DNA of 58,612 nt from a virus (IMGVR_UViG_3300035670_000048:64001-122612), one strand, 5' to 3'; positions 43,487-54,597 are shown, counted from the first letter of the stretch. The notes: a model not told the origin generated them from the sequence alone. Numbers and translations: made by a program.

Positions 43487-44785
43487 TTATTTTATTTCTG
43501 CATAATTTCCACCCATTTTCGTGGAGTAATTAAACTTTAGCAACGCAGTTATGCTATCTAATAAATTCTCTGACGAATCGTAATCCAATAATATAGAATC
43601 GTATGTGTATAGGATAATTTTTGTTTTCTTATCTTTAAGCAAATTCATCACAGCAGAAAACTGAACTACGTTAAATATCGTTTCTGTATTTTGGACAATA
43701 TAATTGAGAAGTTTCTGTGGTGTTGCGTTTTCTATTATTTGTTTTGTGAATCGTTTACCGAATTGAGCACCAATTGCACCATTTTCTGCGTCTTTCCACA
43801 ACTGATTTGTATAGTTATTTACTTCAGCAAAGAATGGTTTGTCTTGGAAATCCTTTCTAACGCCTCCATATAATTGCTGAAATACTAGTTCCTTAATTGT
43901 TTCAGGTGTTGATCCAGGAAATTGAAGCGATAATTGTTCATATATGTTTCCTTTAAATTCGTATCCAGCTAATTTAGCGATGATAGTTGGGTGGTATGCT
44001 TTAAAATCAATTTCAACTAATGTATCATTTTCTGGAATGAATGCAGCACGTTCGCCATTTGTTTTATTTAGAGCAGCAAAATTAACACCATTAAATGCAT
44101 TTGATGGTCTTCCAGTTAATGTATTTAAATTATATTGTGTATATATTTTACCTTTAGATACTGAAAATTTAGGGTTAGGTAATGTTTTAAAGTACTCAAT
44201 AAATGGTTCCTTGCTTAATTTAATACCTTGCTTTTCAATATTATAAAATAATGGAATCATGTAATGATTCAAGAATGCGTACTCGTCTATATTTTCACTA
44301 ATTTTATTTATAGTTTGCTCAATATGATCATATACGTTTTCCCATTTTTCATAATGTTTCGCTATTGGAATTAATGTTGATGGTGCTTCAGTATAGTATT
44401 TGCGTTTAAAATCCGCTTCAACTTTTGATTCGTATTGATCAATGTTAATGTCTTGAATCGAATAGTATGAGCTAATCAGTTGTGCATCAATTAATTGAGG
44501 ACTCAACGTGGGAAAGTGGTGTAACACCGCTTTCTTATCTAATGTGTATAGTTTATCGGCTTTAGATAGCTTAGCGAGTACATCCGCTAATTGTAGTGAT
44601 AGCGATTCGGAGTGGTTTAAACACAGAATGTATCCTTTATGTGATTTAATCCAACGAACATAAATTAGGCTAATATTTTGTAAAGCAGGATGATAGTTTT
44701 CATTCGTTGGAATAATATGAATGAATACATCTTCGCCAATATGTAACTGATCTAGCTGATCTTGTTTTTCAATAATATAAAACAT
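43487..44785 (-). CDS. Compact family A DNA polymerase-like protein
   Basis: TLTGRPS, VEIDFKAYHP (motif A), IKELVFQQLYGG (motif B), YTYDSILLD (motif C). Confidence 0.75.
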   Translation of the reverse strand: MFYIIEKQDQLDQLHIGEDVFIHIIPTNENYHPALQNISLIYVRWIKSHKGYILCLNHSESLSLQLADVLAKLSKADKLYTLDKKAVLHHFPTLSPQLIDAQLISSYYSIQDINIDQYESKVEADFKRKYYTEAPSTLIPIAKHYEKWENVYDHIEQTINKISENIDEYAFLNHYMIPLFYNIEKQGIKLSKEPFIEYFKTLPNPKFSVSKGKIYTQYNLNTLTGRPSNAFNGVNFAALNKTNGERAAFIPENDTLVEIDFKAYHPTIIAKLAGYEFKGNIYEQLSLQFPGSTPETIKELVFQQLYGGVRKDFQDKPFFAEVNNYTNQLWKDAENGAIGAQFGKRFTKQIIENATPQKLLNYIVQNTETIFNVVQFSAVMNLLKDKKTKIILYTYDSILLDYDSSENLLDSITALLKFNYSTKMGGNYAEIK

Positions 44786-44818
44786 AATATAACCTTTTAC
44801 GTAATTATAATTAGGAAA

Positions 44819-45340
44819 TTATAAATTAACAAATGTAGTAATGCCTGGTATTATTTTTTCTGCGTTTATTAATTGTTCATCTAAATTATCTGCTGAAAAG
44901 TCGATTGATATTACTTTATTGATTGGATCTTTTGATAAATGATATGCTTCCTCGTATGATATCTTTTTTACAATATAATTAGGATCATTTGATTTTTGAA
45001 AGTAATAACTAACTCCTGTTTTAAGTGATAAATCAGTTCTAATAATATGTGGATTTATAGATATAGGAGATAAATTACGTGCTGTATTTTTATTACGAAT
45101 TGCTAAATTATATGCGGCACTACCTAATCCAGTAGTACTAATTACATTAGCTAAAGCGTTGTTTTGTGGTTTTTCAATTGGAACTGGTTGCGTGTATGTT
45201 TTTTCATTAGCACCAGCATATGTTTTTCCACTTATAATATGATAAGATCCAGAAAATGCCAAACCCGAATCAACGTATACAAATTCGTTAAGACGAGCTT
45301 GTTGATCTGTAATTATCTGATTTTTTGGTATTCTTGCCAT
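44819..45340 (-). CDS. Hypothetical (probable baseplate-region) protein
   Basis: Position at the end of the tail operon. Confidence 0.65.
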   Translation of the reverse strand: MARIPKNQIITDQQARLNEFVYVDSGLAFSGSYHIISGKTYAGANEKTYTQPVPIEKPQNNALANVISTTGLGSAAYNLAIRNKNTARNLSPISINPHIIRTDLSLKTGVSYYFQKSNDPNYIVKKISYEEAYHLSKDPINKVISIDFSADNLDEQLINAEKIIPGITTFVNL

Positions 45341-45341
45341 T

Positions 45342-48300
45342 TTATTTAGTTATAAATCTAGTAACAGCATCAACATCAATTACTTTTCTTCCATATATAA
45401 ATCTTGTACTATCTGCTGCTATACCTGAGTTATCATTAGCGATTTCGAATTTCCAATTAGGATCTTTATCTTCACTTCCAAGTATAAAATTACCTGGTTT
45501 TCCTTTTGCTGCTGGATAAAATGTAGCTAAATACATATCCGTTAAAGATAATGGTTTGTTTCCTCTATATCCTTGACTTTGGAAATATTCTTGAACAACA
45601 TCCATTTGTTGGATACGATTCATTCTTGCTAAATCTGCTATTCTATATTTTTTATTACCTATTGTTTTGATAACTTTTTGACCTCTATCAGGACAGAATT
45701 GAATCAATCCAACACATCCAATATTATTTATAATTCCTGGATTTAAAGTTCTATTTGATTCAATAAACATAATTTTTAATAAATCATTTTCATTAGCGCC
45801 AATTGATTTAGCTACTGATCGTACTTTTTCTCTAAATCCTGGGTTTGATTTTTCGGCGTTATCTGCTGCTTTTTGAATACTACCAAATGATGGACCTGGA
45901 TTTATATTAGTTGTTCTAGTATTGTTTATAGCATCGTATATTACGATTAATTTAAGTCTGTTTTGGTATTGATCTATTTTAAATAAATCTTCATTCTTAT
46001 CTATAATAAATGGATATCCTTGAACTGTAGTGTTCCAAACATTACTCGAAATTGAATGAGCTACATTTACTACTATATATCCTAAATCTCGTCCTTGTGG
46101 GTTTCCTTTATAGAATTTAGGAATAAATGTTTTATCCACATCAAATAAATTACCAATTACAATTCCAGCTAATCCATCTATAGTTAATGATATTTTAGAT
46201 GGTAAAAATGCTTTATTTGAATTTGGTGAGTTTTGAGTTACAGCAAAGAAGGTAATAATTTCTCGTAATGCATTTTTATTTGAATTTGCATTCTGTGCTT
46301 CAAATGTACCAGGTACATCTGGGGATGTTCCCCCAAATGTTTGGAAAAATTTAGCAATTACTGATATTGCCGATATAAATCCTTCAATTTGAACTCCTCG
46401 ATCTACTATTTTTCCATTTTGGGAATATATTGGTGAATCTTTTTTAGGAATCATTCTATCTAAAACACCAACATTATAAGACAGTAATGTACTATTATCC
46501 AAACCTAAAGTACCAGCACTTGATTGTGCTGAAACAGCCATCATCGATATCATATCATTTGATATCTCTGATTCTATTTTTATATCTTTAATAATTGAAT
46601 TATTACTGCCTATTTCAAATTTGAATAAATCTTCTTTATCTGAATTAATGTAGTTTAGGTCAACAATACGTCCCACACCATCTCTATCATCAATTATAAT
46701 TTCAAAGTTATTGATATTACCTAGTGATGTTTGAATTTCATGCATTACTGCTTTCAGGTAATTCAATACTAATAGGCTTTGCTTACCTGAAATATCTTGT
46801 TGTTGTAGAGATGAATCTTTAGCCATTTTATATAAGAACTTAGTGTTCAAATATATATTGCCTATATTTCCAAATATTTTGTTACCTTTTTCTACTATAA
46901 ATGTTTGGGTTAGTTTATTGAATACATTTTCTCTCCACCATTCGCCTGCTTTACTTGAAGCTAAATTTATATCTCTTTGGGTTTGATTTAATTTATTTTT
47001 ATCTTCCCATAATTTTTGTTCAGCATCAAATTTAGATTCAAGACTAGATAATGATGCTTTATTATATGCAAATACAGATTTAGTATATGATGCTATATCT
47101 GTACCAAAACTAGAATTAAATTCTGCTTTTTGAAGATAATTTGTCCATAATGTATCAAAATTTTTAGTATATGAACTTCCTAATTTTGAAAGTGTTGATG
47201 GAGCTCCATCCCAATTTTTAAAAGTATATGTATTTGATGATGATATTAATCCTGATCTTAAATAAATGTAATTTTCGTTAAACGATTTAGCAAATGCGGA
47301 CGGTGTTAATTTTGATTTAATACCTTCTTCATTTATTAAATTTATAATGCTAACCTCGGTTGATTCACCACTTAATAATGTTTTTTCTAATGTTCCACCT
47401 TTAGTTATTATTTCATTTATGACACGTTGTACAGTGCCAATCATTTGGTCATTTTTTACAAATCCAATATCTTGTCCTATATTATCACTTCCTACCCATT
47501 GAGTTCCAAAATCAACTTCTGATAATAGATTTACCCATTGGTTATTATTGATTAAACAAGCATCAGGATTAACTGATGTCATTAATGGATGAAATAAACA
47601 ATATAATGGATCTTCTCCTTTACCTAAGTACCCTCTATCATGTACTGATAATTTTGTTAGTGCATTATTTGGTTGGGATGGGTTAGTTAATACTAAATAC
47701 TTATTAATTAAATCTACAAAGCTACTTAATGTAATGTATATATCTCCGTACTCGTCTGAGCTTTTTATAGTTTTATAATCAGGATCATCTTGATTAGTAG
47801 AATTATATTTTACAGCAGCATAATGAAGTGGTTTGGTAATTGAAAAAAGTGAATCTCTAGTATTTAACACACCTAAATTAGTTGTTGTTCCATTAGTTTC
47901 ACTTCCTTGAGTTAATGAATTTATAGCATTTTCTTTTTCTAACTCAGTACATAATCTAAAGAATTCATATATTAATCCTGATAATACATTCTGAGAATAT
48001 TCTTCATTTATACGAGAATAAGTAATTAAATAATCGTATATTAATTTACCATTATATGCATTGTTAACAGAATCATGCAATAGACCAGTAAATTTAGGTA
48101 AATTACTTTCTATAGCTCTTACTAATGGAGCCGGTTCTGGAGTTGATTTTATAGCTAATTTTTCAAAATTAACTAATCCAACTGTATAGTTTACTTTTAA
48201 CGATTCTAAAATTTCACCAGTAGTTACTATTTCAGTTTTACAATCATATCCACCATCATTGCGAGCAGACCATCCGTAATTTATAATGTATCCAAATAAT

Positions 48301-48905
48301 GCATCATAATTACCACCTGAATTTGTAGAGCGTTTATATAAATCGTTTAAGTAATCAAATAATACAATATCTTTCTTTGTAAAGAAATCATCAGTTGGAC
48401 TTACTTGTTTTAAATTACCTTTAGCATCTAAATAATTGTTACGTCCAAATTCAAGTAATACTGTATAGCCAGGACGCATATATAATGCCTCTAATATATT
48501 TAGTTGCTCTACATCCCAGCATTGGAAGTTGATTGTAGCAATACGAGTTGAACCATATGCACCTTTATTATGTACTTCGATTGAAGTAATACCAGGCATT
48601 GGTCTTATACCTAAAACATGTTTAGCACCTGATGATGTTTTCAGTGAGTAAGCACCGTCTCCAGCATCATCAACTCCGTATCGTAATTTTCCATTATTTA
48701 AAGTACCACCAATTAGAACATTTGTTTTGGCTAATGTTCCTCCATCATTATTTACATCAACTGATGATTTTAGTGATACCCAGTTTGTATTTGAATTTAA
48801 AAATGTTAATTCTTGGGGAGTACGATTTGACTTACCTATCAAGTTTTGACGGGTCTCTAATGAATTTTGTACATCAGCGTTAAACGACTCTTTAAATATA
48901 GACAT
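45342..48905 (-). CDS. Large baseplate hub-like protein with C-terminal lytic transglycosylase-like domain
   Basis: YMRPGYTVLLEFG hub-type segment; C-terminal LLKIMFIES...CVGLIQF lysozyme-fold motif. Confidence 0.7.
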   Translation of the reverse strand: MSIFKESFNADVQNSLETRQNLIGKSNRTPQELTFLNSNTNWVSLKSSVDVNNDGGTLAKTNVLIGGTLNNGKLRYGVDDAGDGAYSLKTSSGAKHVLGIRPMPGITSIEVHNKGAYGSTRIATINFQCWDVEQLNILEALYMRPGYTVLLEFGRNNYLDAKGNLKQVSPTDDFFTKKDIVLFDYLNDLYKRSTNSGGNYDALFGYIINYGWSARNDGGYDCKTEIVTTGEILESLKVNYTVGLVNFEKLAIKSTPEPAPLVRAIESNLPKFTGLLHDSVNNAYNGKLIYDYLITYSRINEEYSQNVLSGLIYEFFRLCTELEKENAINSLTQGSETNGTTTNLGVLNTRDSLFSITKPLHYAAVKYNSTNQDDPDYKTIKSSDEYGDIYITLSSFVDLINKYLVLTNPSQPNNALTKLSVHDRGYLGKGEDPLYCLFHPLMTSVNPDACLINNNQWVNLLSEVDFGTQWVGSDNIGQDIGFVKNDQMIGTVQRVINEIITKGGTLEKTLLSGESTEVSIINLINEEGIKSKLTPSAFAKSFNENYIYLRSGLISSSNTYTFKNWDGAPSTLSKLGSSYTKNFDTLWTNYLQKAEFNSSFGTDIASYTKSVFAYNKASLSSLESKFDAEQKLWEDKNKLNQTQRDINLASSKAGEWWRENVFNKLTQTFIVEKGNKIFGNIGNIYLNTKFLYKMAKDSSLQQQDISGKQSLLVLNYLKAVMHEIQTSLGNINNFEIIIDDRDGVGRIVDLNYINSDKEDLFKFEIGSNNSIIKDIKIESEISNDMISMMAVSAQSSAGTLGLDNSTLLSYNVGVLDRMIPKKDSPIYSQNGKIVDRGVQIEGFISAISVIAKFFQTFGGTSPDVPGTFEAQNANSNKNALREIITFFAVTQNSPNSNKAFLPSKISLTIDGLAGIVIGNLFDVDKTFIPKFYKGNPQGRDLGYIVVNVAHSISSNVWNTTVQGYPFIIDKNEDLFKIDQYQNRLKLIVIYDAINNTRTTNINPGPSFGSIQKAADNAEKSNPGFREKVRSVAKSIGANENDLLKIMFIESNRTLNPGIINNIGCVGLIQFCPDRGQKVIKTIGNKKYRIADLARMNRIQQMDVVQEYFQSQGYRGNKPLSLTDMYLATFYPAAKGKPGNFILGSEDKDPNWKFEIANDNSGIAADSTRFIYGRKVIDVDAVTRFITK

Positions 48906-48911
48906 AACTTA

Positions 48912-49211
48912 TTATAGGTTATTTAATTCATCAAACAACTGCATAACTGCGTTTTTGTTTATCGGAACACGTAATTGAGTACCTGGAGTAGGAAACATAG
49001 ATCCTTTAGTTATGTTATTATTTGCAACAGAAATAATCCACCACAATTCAGCATCACCATAATAGCTATATGCTATTGAATCTAAACGATCACCTGCAGT
49101 AGTAATAATGTATTCATCAGTTACTGAGTAAGGAATATTTGGGTATATTTTTCCCTTATAATATGGTTTATTATTTGAGGTTTTATATGTTATATTCTTA
49201 TCGTATCTCAT
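48912..49211 (-). CDS. LysM-like baseplate wedge / tail X protein
   Basis: GDRLDSIAYSYYGDAELWWIISVANN, GTQLRVP. Confidence 0.82.
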   Translation of the reverse strand: MRYDKNITYKTSNNKPYYKGKIYPNIPYSVTDEYIITTAGDRLDSIAYSYYGDAELWWIISVANNNITKGSMFPTPGTQLRVPINKNAVMQLFDELNNL

Positions 49212-51358
49212 TAGAACGTAGGTGTAATTAATGCTTTAGTTTGATCTTGTAGTATTTGCGCTTCAACAGCTTGTGATGCTTCTTGTTTACCTTGTAATTT
49301 AAGCTGTAGTTGGTTTGTAAGACCTGTAGTATTGCTATTTGATATTGATTCATTTTCTGTTGGTGCATCTGCAGCTATTACTTTATCGTATGCTTGAGCT
49401 GGCTTGTTATTTCCTTGATCTATTAATGTAAAATTATTTACTCTACTTACATTAGTAAAATAATTAGGGATATTTTCATTAAATGCATCAGTAGCAGCAC
49501 CTGTTCCTATTAATGCTTGTTCTGATGATATAAAGAAGTTAGCTCCGTTTGCTATTGTTTTATTAAAGAATCCACCTTCGCGTTGGTACGTTGGTAATTC
49601 ATTATGAATAACTGTAAAGTTAACTGAGACATTTATATTATGTGCTAGTTTTTCATCAATATCCCAACTTGATTCATTAGGTATATCATATGATAGGCTA
49701 TTTATAATACCAGTTTCTCCTTTTAAGTAATTACCAAAGTATAGTCTAGTTAAAATACCACCTAATTTATTTTTATCATTATACTTACCTGCTAATGATG
49801 ATTCTAAAGCACCTAATGCACGATGGCGTTCACGTAGTTCTACTATATTAAAGCATGGTATTTGGAATCCAAACGATACTTGACGTTTGAATTTAGTATA
49901 CACATATAAATTTTCAGAACGTCCAATGTATGACACATCATTCCAAGTAGCATCTGAATTAACTCTAAAATTATTAATATATGCTGGAAATATTATACGA
50001 TGTAAGTTTTTAGCTGTAAATGGATCTACTAATTGGAATAGAATAGACATATTTTCACCGTCATTTCTATCGAATTGATCACTATTTGCTAATTTACCAT
50101 TGTTTTTTAAGTATTTAAATGGAGTAGATGGGTTTCTTTCAAATCCTAAACTTTCAACATCTTTATACTTTACAAATGCAGGCAAATAACTATATTGTGT
50201 TTTTGCTCCATTAACTCTAACTTCTGCTCCTCCATATATTGGATGAGGTTTTGTTTTTTGTTTAAATAGTTTTGTAAAATCAGTAGCAACTTCAGATACT
50301 GGTTTTTGTGGAGTGGGAGGAAATAATACATTTTGATTACCGTATAATACAGTAGCAGGAGCATAAAATTCAGCTGATTTGAAAAGTAACCCACCCGTTC
50401 TTCCAACAATTGACTGATATCGTTTGCGGGAATCATCTTTAGCATTTATTGTTTCATCTTTATTAGTGAAATCAAATCGTCTAATATTAGTTACTCCTAA
50501 TCCGTTTACTGATCCTGGACCGCCAACGTATTGATCAATCATTGGGTCCAAAAATGGTACTGTAATTCTTGAAATTTGATTAATTTTATTATTAATCTTA
50601 TTTAATGTTGGATTACCACCAAATATATTAGCTACTGAAGTAGCAGTGTTGAATAATGATGTAACACCACCTAATAATGTTTTTAATTTAGATTTAAATT
50701 TACTTACAGTATTACTTCTAAATGTACTTAATGAAACTGTTCCTGATTCTTCTAATCCTAAACTAAATTTATTACGTAATCCTACTAAACGATTATTTGA
50801 AGAATCAATCCCTGAATTATTGGATTTAGCTATATTAATGTATTTTAAGTTATCATTAATATAAGGTGTTAATCCGAAACGATCTAAATGTTCACCTTGT
50901 AAAGCACCTACCTGAGTGATAGTATTATCTGGATTATATGGGAGTAGTTCAGTTGTTTTAAAGCGTTGATTTGCTGTTTTATTAAATGTACTAGTGGCTG
51001 TATTCACAGCATCAATACTTTTATTTAATATTTTAGCAATTTCAGTACCGAATCCACCATTTTCACCAAATCTATTTAATGTAGGTCCAGTTGATAATTC
51101 TAATCGTGTATTTGATAATTGAAGTCCTCTTTGTATTGATACAAAGTTTAAACCACGTGGGGTGGATTTTAATAAAGCATCAATACGTGCTTTGCTTTCA
51201 GCAGCTTTATCCTTGAATGTAGGTATTGTACCTACAGTGTTATCATCTCGGATAGGCTTTATAACGATCGGTTCAGGACCGGTTCCTCCTCCAGGCTTAT
51301 CATACCCATACTTTAATGACTTTAGTTGGGTGTCCTTCAATTTGTCAAATAATGACAT
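49211..51358 (-). CDS. Baseplate / tail-tube initiator-like protein
   Basis: FPAYINNF...WNDVSYIGRSENLYVY...RQVSFGF tube-like segment; lies between tape measure and LysM genes. Confidence 0.6.
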   Translation of the reverse strand: MSLFDKLKDTQLKSLKYGYDKPGGGTGPEPIVIKPIRDDNTVGTIPTFKDKAAESKARIDALLKSTPRGLNFVSIQRGLQLSNTRLELSTGPTLNRFGENGGFGTEIAKILNKSIDAVNTATSTFNKTANQRFKTTELLPYNPDNTITQVGALQGEHLDRFGLTPYINDNLKYINIAKSNNSGIDSSNNRLVGLRNKFSLGLEESGTVSLSTFRSNTVSKFKSKLKTLLGGVTSLFNTATSVANIFGGNPTLNKINNKINQISRITVPFLDPMIDQYVGGPGSVNGLGVTNIRRFDFTNKDETINAKDDSRKRYQSIVGRTGGLLFKSAEFYAPATVLYGNQNVLFPPTPQKPVSEVATDFTKLFKQKTKPHPIYGGAEVRVNGAKTQYSYLPAFVKYKDVESLGFERNPSTPFKYLKNNGKLANSDQFDRNDGENMSILFQLVDPFTAKNLHRIIFPAYINNFRVNSDATWNDVSYIGRSENLYVYTKFKRQVSFGFQIPCFNIVELRERHRALGALESSLAGKYNDKNKLGGILTRLYFGNYLKGETGIINSLSYDIPNESSWDIDEKLAHNINVSVNFTVIHNELPTYQREGGFFNKTIANGANFFISSEQALIGTGAATDAFNENIPNYFTNVSRVNNFTLIDQGNNKPAQAYDKVIAADAPTENESISNSNTTGLTNQLQLKLQGKQEASQAVEAQILQDQTKALITPTF

Positions 51359-51360
51359 AA

Positions 51361-51588
51361 TTATTTAGGTAATTTATCGTTGTATTTTTGTCCTTTACCG
51401 CTCTTGAATTTATTATTATTCAATGCGTCTGTTTCATCTAAAATAGATGCCTTGCGAGAAATTGCTGGTTTACCTATTGTTGATGATTGGTTGTGTAAAG
51501 TTGATGTTGCTGATTCGCCTGAGAAATTAGTAGGTTTTTTACCACCTAATCCTAATGTCATTTTTGCGATGCTATCTAATAATCCCAT
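51361..51588 (-). CDS. Hypothetical structural-region protein
   Basis: 75 aa, preceded by ATATTTAT. Confidence 0.7.
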   Translation of the reverse strand: MGLLDSIAKMTLGLGGKKPTNFSGESATSTLHNQSSTIGKPAISRKASILDETDALNNNKFKSGKGQKYNDKLPK

Positions 51589-51615
51589 AGTTGTGTTTTG
51601 TTATAAATATTAAAA

Positions 51616-53547
51616 TTACATACTTATTCTTTGGTCTCTGATTATTTTCCCACCAATTGGAGATGCAAATTCAGAAGGACGAGCATATGTAACCATTTGT
51701 ACCTTACCCATTGCTGAAGCTAATTTGTCGTAATCGATTGATCCGCCTAAATTTATTGAGTCTTTAGGGCCAGAATATACATCATTACCTCTAAATAAGT
51801 TAGTGCCTGCAATTACTGTATCGTTATTATTTAATGCGTATGCGCCTTGTGGGGTGACTAATGTGCGATCACCATATCCAGACATTAAATCGTCTGATTT
51901 TATTAATGTTCCTACTAATCCAACAGCAGCTGCTGCGGCAGCAATACCACCTAAAGCAACTAATGGATTTGAGAATGCTGAAAATATAGCAGCGGCTTTT
52001 GCTAATTGAGCAAATTGATTAATTATCCCAACAATTTGCATTCCTGCTATTAATCCAATTCCAGTATAAACAGCAACTGAACTTTCTGCTAATTTTGCCA
52101 TCATATCAACAAATGTACCTAATGGACCTGCCATTATATTACCTAATAAATCAGACATTTTTTCAATAGCAGCATTGAATTTTTCTTGTGCATTTAATGT
52201 TTGTGCACGTTCGTATGCTTCTTTACCGTACAAGGCAACAATTTCTGATTGTGATTTATTTTGTACTGCTACTTTTAATAATTGATCAGCTAATATATCT
52301 CGAGATAGACCTAAAGCTTTAGCAAATCCATCTTGCTGGATTCGATTCATTCTTTGGAATCCGTTGAAATCCATTTGCTGATTAGCTAATTCTTTAGCTA
52401 CTCCAGTTAAATCATTATTTAAAGCTAATTCACGTGCTTTTTCTAGATTTATTTGTCTTCCAGTTAGTAAAGAAGCATTTAATTGATTTTCAATCGATGT
52501 TTGAAAATCTAATAATGATGCTGATTGTTGGTCTACTTGAGCTAAACTAGTACCTAATGCTTTCATTTGGGCTACTCCCTGAACTAAAGCATCTGTACTT
52601 CCTTTAAAGTTAGACAACATTATAGCCGAAGACGATCCAGCCTCAGTTAATACATCTTTTATATTTAACTGAATACCATATTGTGATGATACAGACGATA
52701 CTATACCAGCAGCTGATTCAGCTGTTGATTTTAATGTTTTACCTGATAATATACTTGCTCTAGCAAATCCAGCTGCTGATTCTTCTGATAATCCAACGCG
52801 TTTAGTTAAATTAACGAACTCGGTGTTTAAATCAGCACCGAAATTTTTACCAAATCCTAATTGCTTACTTAAAGCAGTATTTGCTTCAATTAATTTATTA
52901 GTAGTAATGAATGTATCGTTACTAGCGTTAGCAGTAGCAACAAATTCTTGACGTAATGTTTTAGCTTGGTCTGCTGATAGTAATAATGATTTTTGGAAAT
53001 TAGCTGTTTGTTCGCTAATTTTTAGCATCTGTAATCCAAAAAAGGAAATAGATAATTTATCATTTAATCCTTTTATTTTGGAAAATGCATCTTTTATCTT
53101 TTCAAAACTATCAGTTTGATTTTTTGATACTTCTAATAATTCATTTGCTGATGCAACTAATAATTTAGCATTGTCTAATTGATCGGCTTTTAAACGAAGA
53201 ATTTTATCAATTTCAATCTTTTCAGCTTTAGTAGATTTCAATCTCCTTTGAGTAAAAACACTAATTTCAGTTGTTATTTTCTGAATTTCCTTTTGTGTTT
53301 TTTGAGTAGCGCTTTCTAATTGATTTAATTCTTTTTTAGATTTTAATGTTTTTTCATTAGTTTTTAATAATTCATTCGCTAATGAATTTGAGGCTGAAGT
53401 AGATGAAACAAATGATTTTAATTCCTCTGCAATGCTAGATGATTTTTTTTTCATTTCTTCTAACTTTGTATTTATAGATGTAAATGCATTATTAGCAAAT
53501 CCTGCACTTTCATTTATCTCATTAAAATTGATATTGTTATCAGCCAT
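51616..53547 (-). CDS. Tape measure protein
   Basis: Ala/Leu/Gln-rich helical sequence, INLEKARELAL, C-terminal hydrophobic stretch; downstream of tube and chaperone. Confidence 0.85.
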   Translation of the reverse strand: MADNNINFNEINESAGFANNAFTSINTKLEEMKKKSSSIAEELKSFVSSTSASNSLANELLKTNEKTLKSKKELNQLESATQKTQKEIQKITTEISVFTQRRLKSTKAEKIEIDKILRLKADQLDNAKLLVASANELLEVSKNQTDSFEKIKDAFSKIKGLNDKLSISFFGLQMLKISEQTANFQKSLLLSADQAKTLRQEFVATANASNDTFITTNKLIEANTALSKQLGFGKNFGADLNTEFVNLTKRVGLSEESAAGFARASILSGKTLKSTAESAAGIVSSVSSQYGIQLNIKDVLTEAGSSSAIMLSNFKGSTDALVQGVAQMKALGTSLAQVDQQSASLLDFQTSIENQLNASLLTGRQINLEKARELALNNDLTGVAKELANQQMDFNGFQRMNRIQQDGFAKALGLSRDILADQLLKVAVQNKSQSEIVALYGKEAYERAQTLNAQEKFNAAIEKMSDLLGNIMAGPLGTFVDMMAKLAESSVAVYTGIGLIAGMQIVGIINQFAQLAKAAAIFSAFSNPLVALGGIAAAAAAVGLVGTLIKSDDLMSGYGDRTLVTPQGAYALNNNDTVIAGTNLFRGNDVYSGPKDSINLGGSIDYDKLASAMGKVQMVTYARPSEFASPIGGKIIRDQRISM

Positions 53548-53579
53548 AAATTAATTATATAATATAAATATCAAAAGCA

Positions 53580-53831
53580 TCACTTTTGTGGTGATGCTTT
53601 GAATGAATAATCGGGTTTAATATTTGGTCGTGCTATTTCGTTTTTTGAAGAAGAATCTAATGAGCTTTTTTGTTGTCTCTTTTCAATTTCTTCTTGTTGT
53701 TTTTCATTAAATTCTTTAATTTTTTCAAACGTAAATTTACGAAGCCACAACGGCATATTATAAACTGTATGCCAATCATATCCTCCATTCCCATGATATA
53801 CTATTTCATGGATTTGAGAGAATATAATCAT
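53580..53831 (-). CDS. Tail assembly chaperone, second (GT-like) segment, probably reached by frameshift
   Basis: QIHEIVYHGNGGYDWHTVYNMPLWLRKF; the frame is open upstream to the T7 run at 53853-53859. Confidence 0.7.
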   Translation of the reverse strand: MIIFSQIHEIVYHGNGGYDWHTVYNMPLWLRKFTFEKIKEFNEKQQEEIEKRQQKSSLDSSSKNEIARPNIKPDYSFKASPQK

Positions 53832-53832
53832 T

Positions 53833-54597
53833 CTATAGGCTGGAGTCAGGCCAAAAAAAGTTTAGCCCAATAGGCAATGCTACACCCTCCTGTGTGTATC
53901 CATCTTTATCAATCGTTATTGACATATCCACTCCGGGTGATACTTGCGAATAATACTGGCGTAAAGCACGCGCATCTTGTGCGGTAAGGTAGTTATCAAC
54001 GAAATCGCGGATGTCTTTCTTTTCGCGGTTTCCCCCAACAGATGTTATTAGGTGTTTCAAACGAGTAGTTGTATCGAATGATTTATCTGGATAGATTTTT
54101 GATAATCCTTTTAATTCCTGATCAATCGCTTTTTCATCACCGTGTGTGAGGATTTTGAATGTAATATCGTTTTTTGATTGTGGTAATGAAAACGAAAATT
54201 CATTTACTCCTGGAGTGATTAATGATTGATCGATTTGTTTTTCTTTTAATTCTGTCAAATCTACTATGTAATCTTCTTCAGATTTAGTATTTTCGTTAGT
54301 GAATTTAATTGGATAATCTTTACCGTATCCTAAAATACGAGCAGCAATCATAATTGCATCTTTATCGCCTGATAATAATTCATTATAATTGATTGGTGTA
54401 ACGATTAGTTCCTGAAGTAATTTATCGATTACTGTTCCGTTTTTAATGAAGTTAACATTGGTTAGGATATCTTCATGTTTTGCGGACATATACGACATTT
54501 CTAATTCACCCTTAGATAATGGATTTTCTTTAGGATATAATAAGCCTTTTGAGGGTAGAGTTACCGTTTCGGTAGGTAATTTGAATTTTGATTCCAT
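53833..54597 (-). CDS. Tail assembly / baseplate hub chaperone (T4 gp26-like)
   Basis: LPSKGLLYP, MSAKHEDIL, GDKDAIMIAARILGYG; ends ...PIGLNFFWPDSSL. Confidence 0.8.
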   Translation of the reverse strand: MESKFKLPTETVTLPSKGLLYPKENPLSKGELEMSYMSAKHEDILTNVNFIKNGTVIDKLLQELIVTPINYNELLSGDKDAIMIAARILGYGKDYPIKFTNENTKSEEDYIVDLTELKEKQIDQSLITPGVNEFSFSLPQSKNDITFKILTHGDEKAIDQELKGLSKIYPDKSFDTTTRLKHLITSVGGNREKKDIRDFVDNYLTAQDARALRQYYSQVSPGVDMSITIDKDGYTQEGVALPIGLNFFWPDSSL

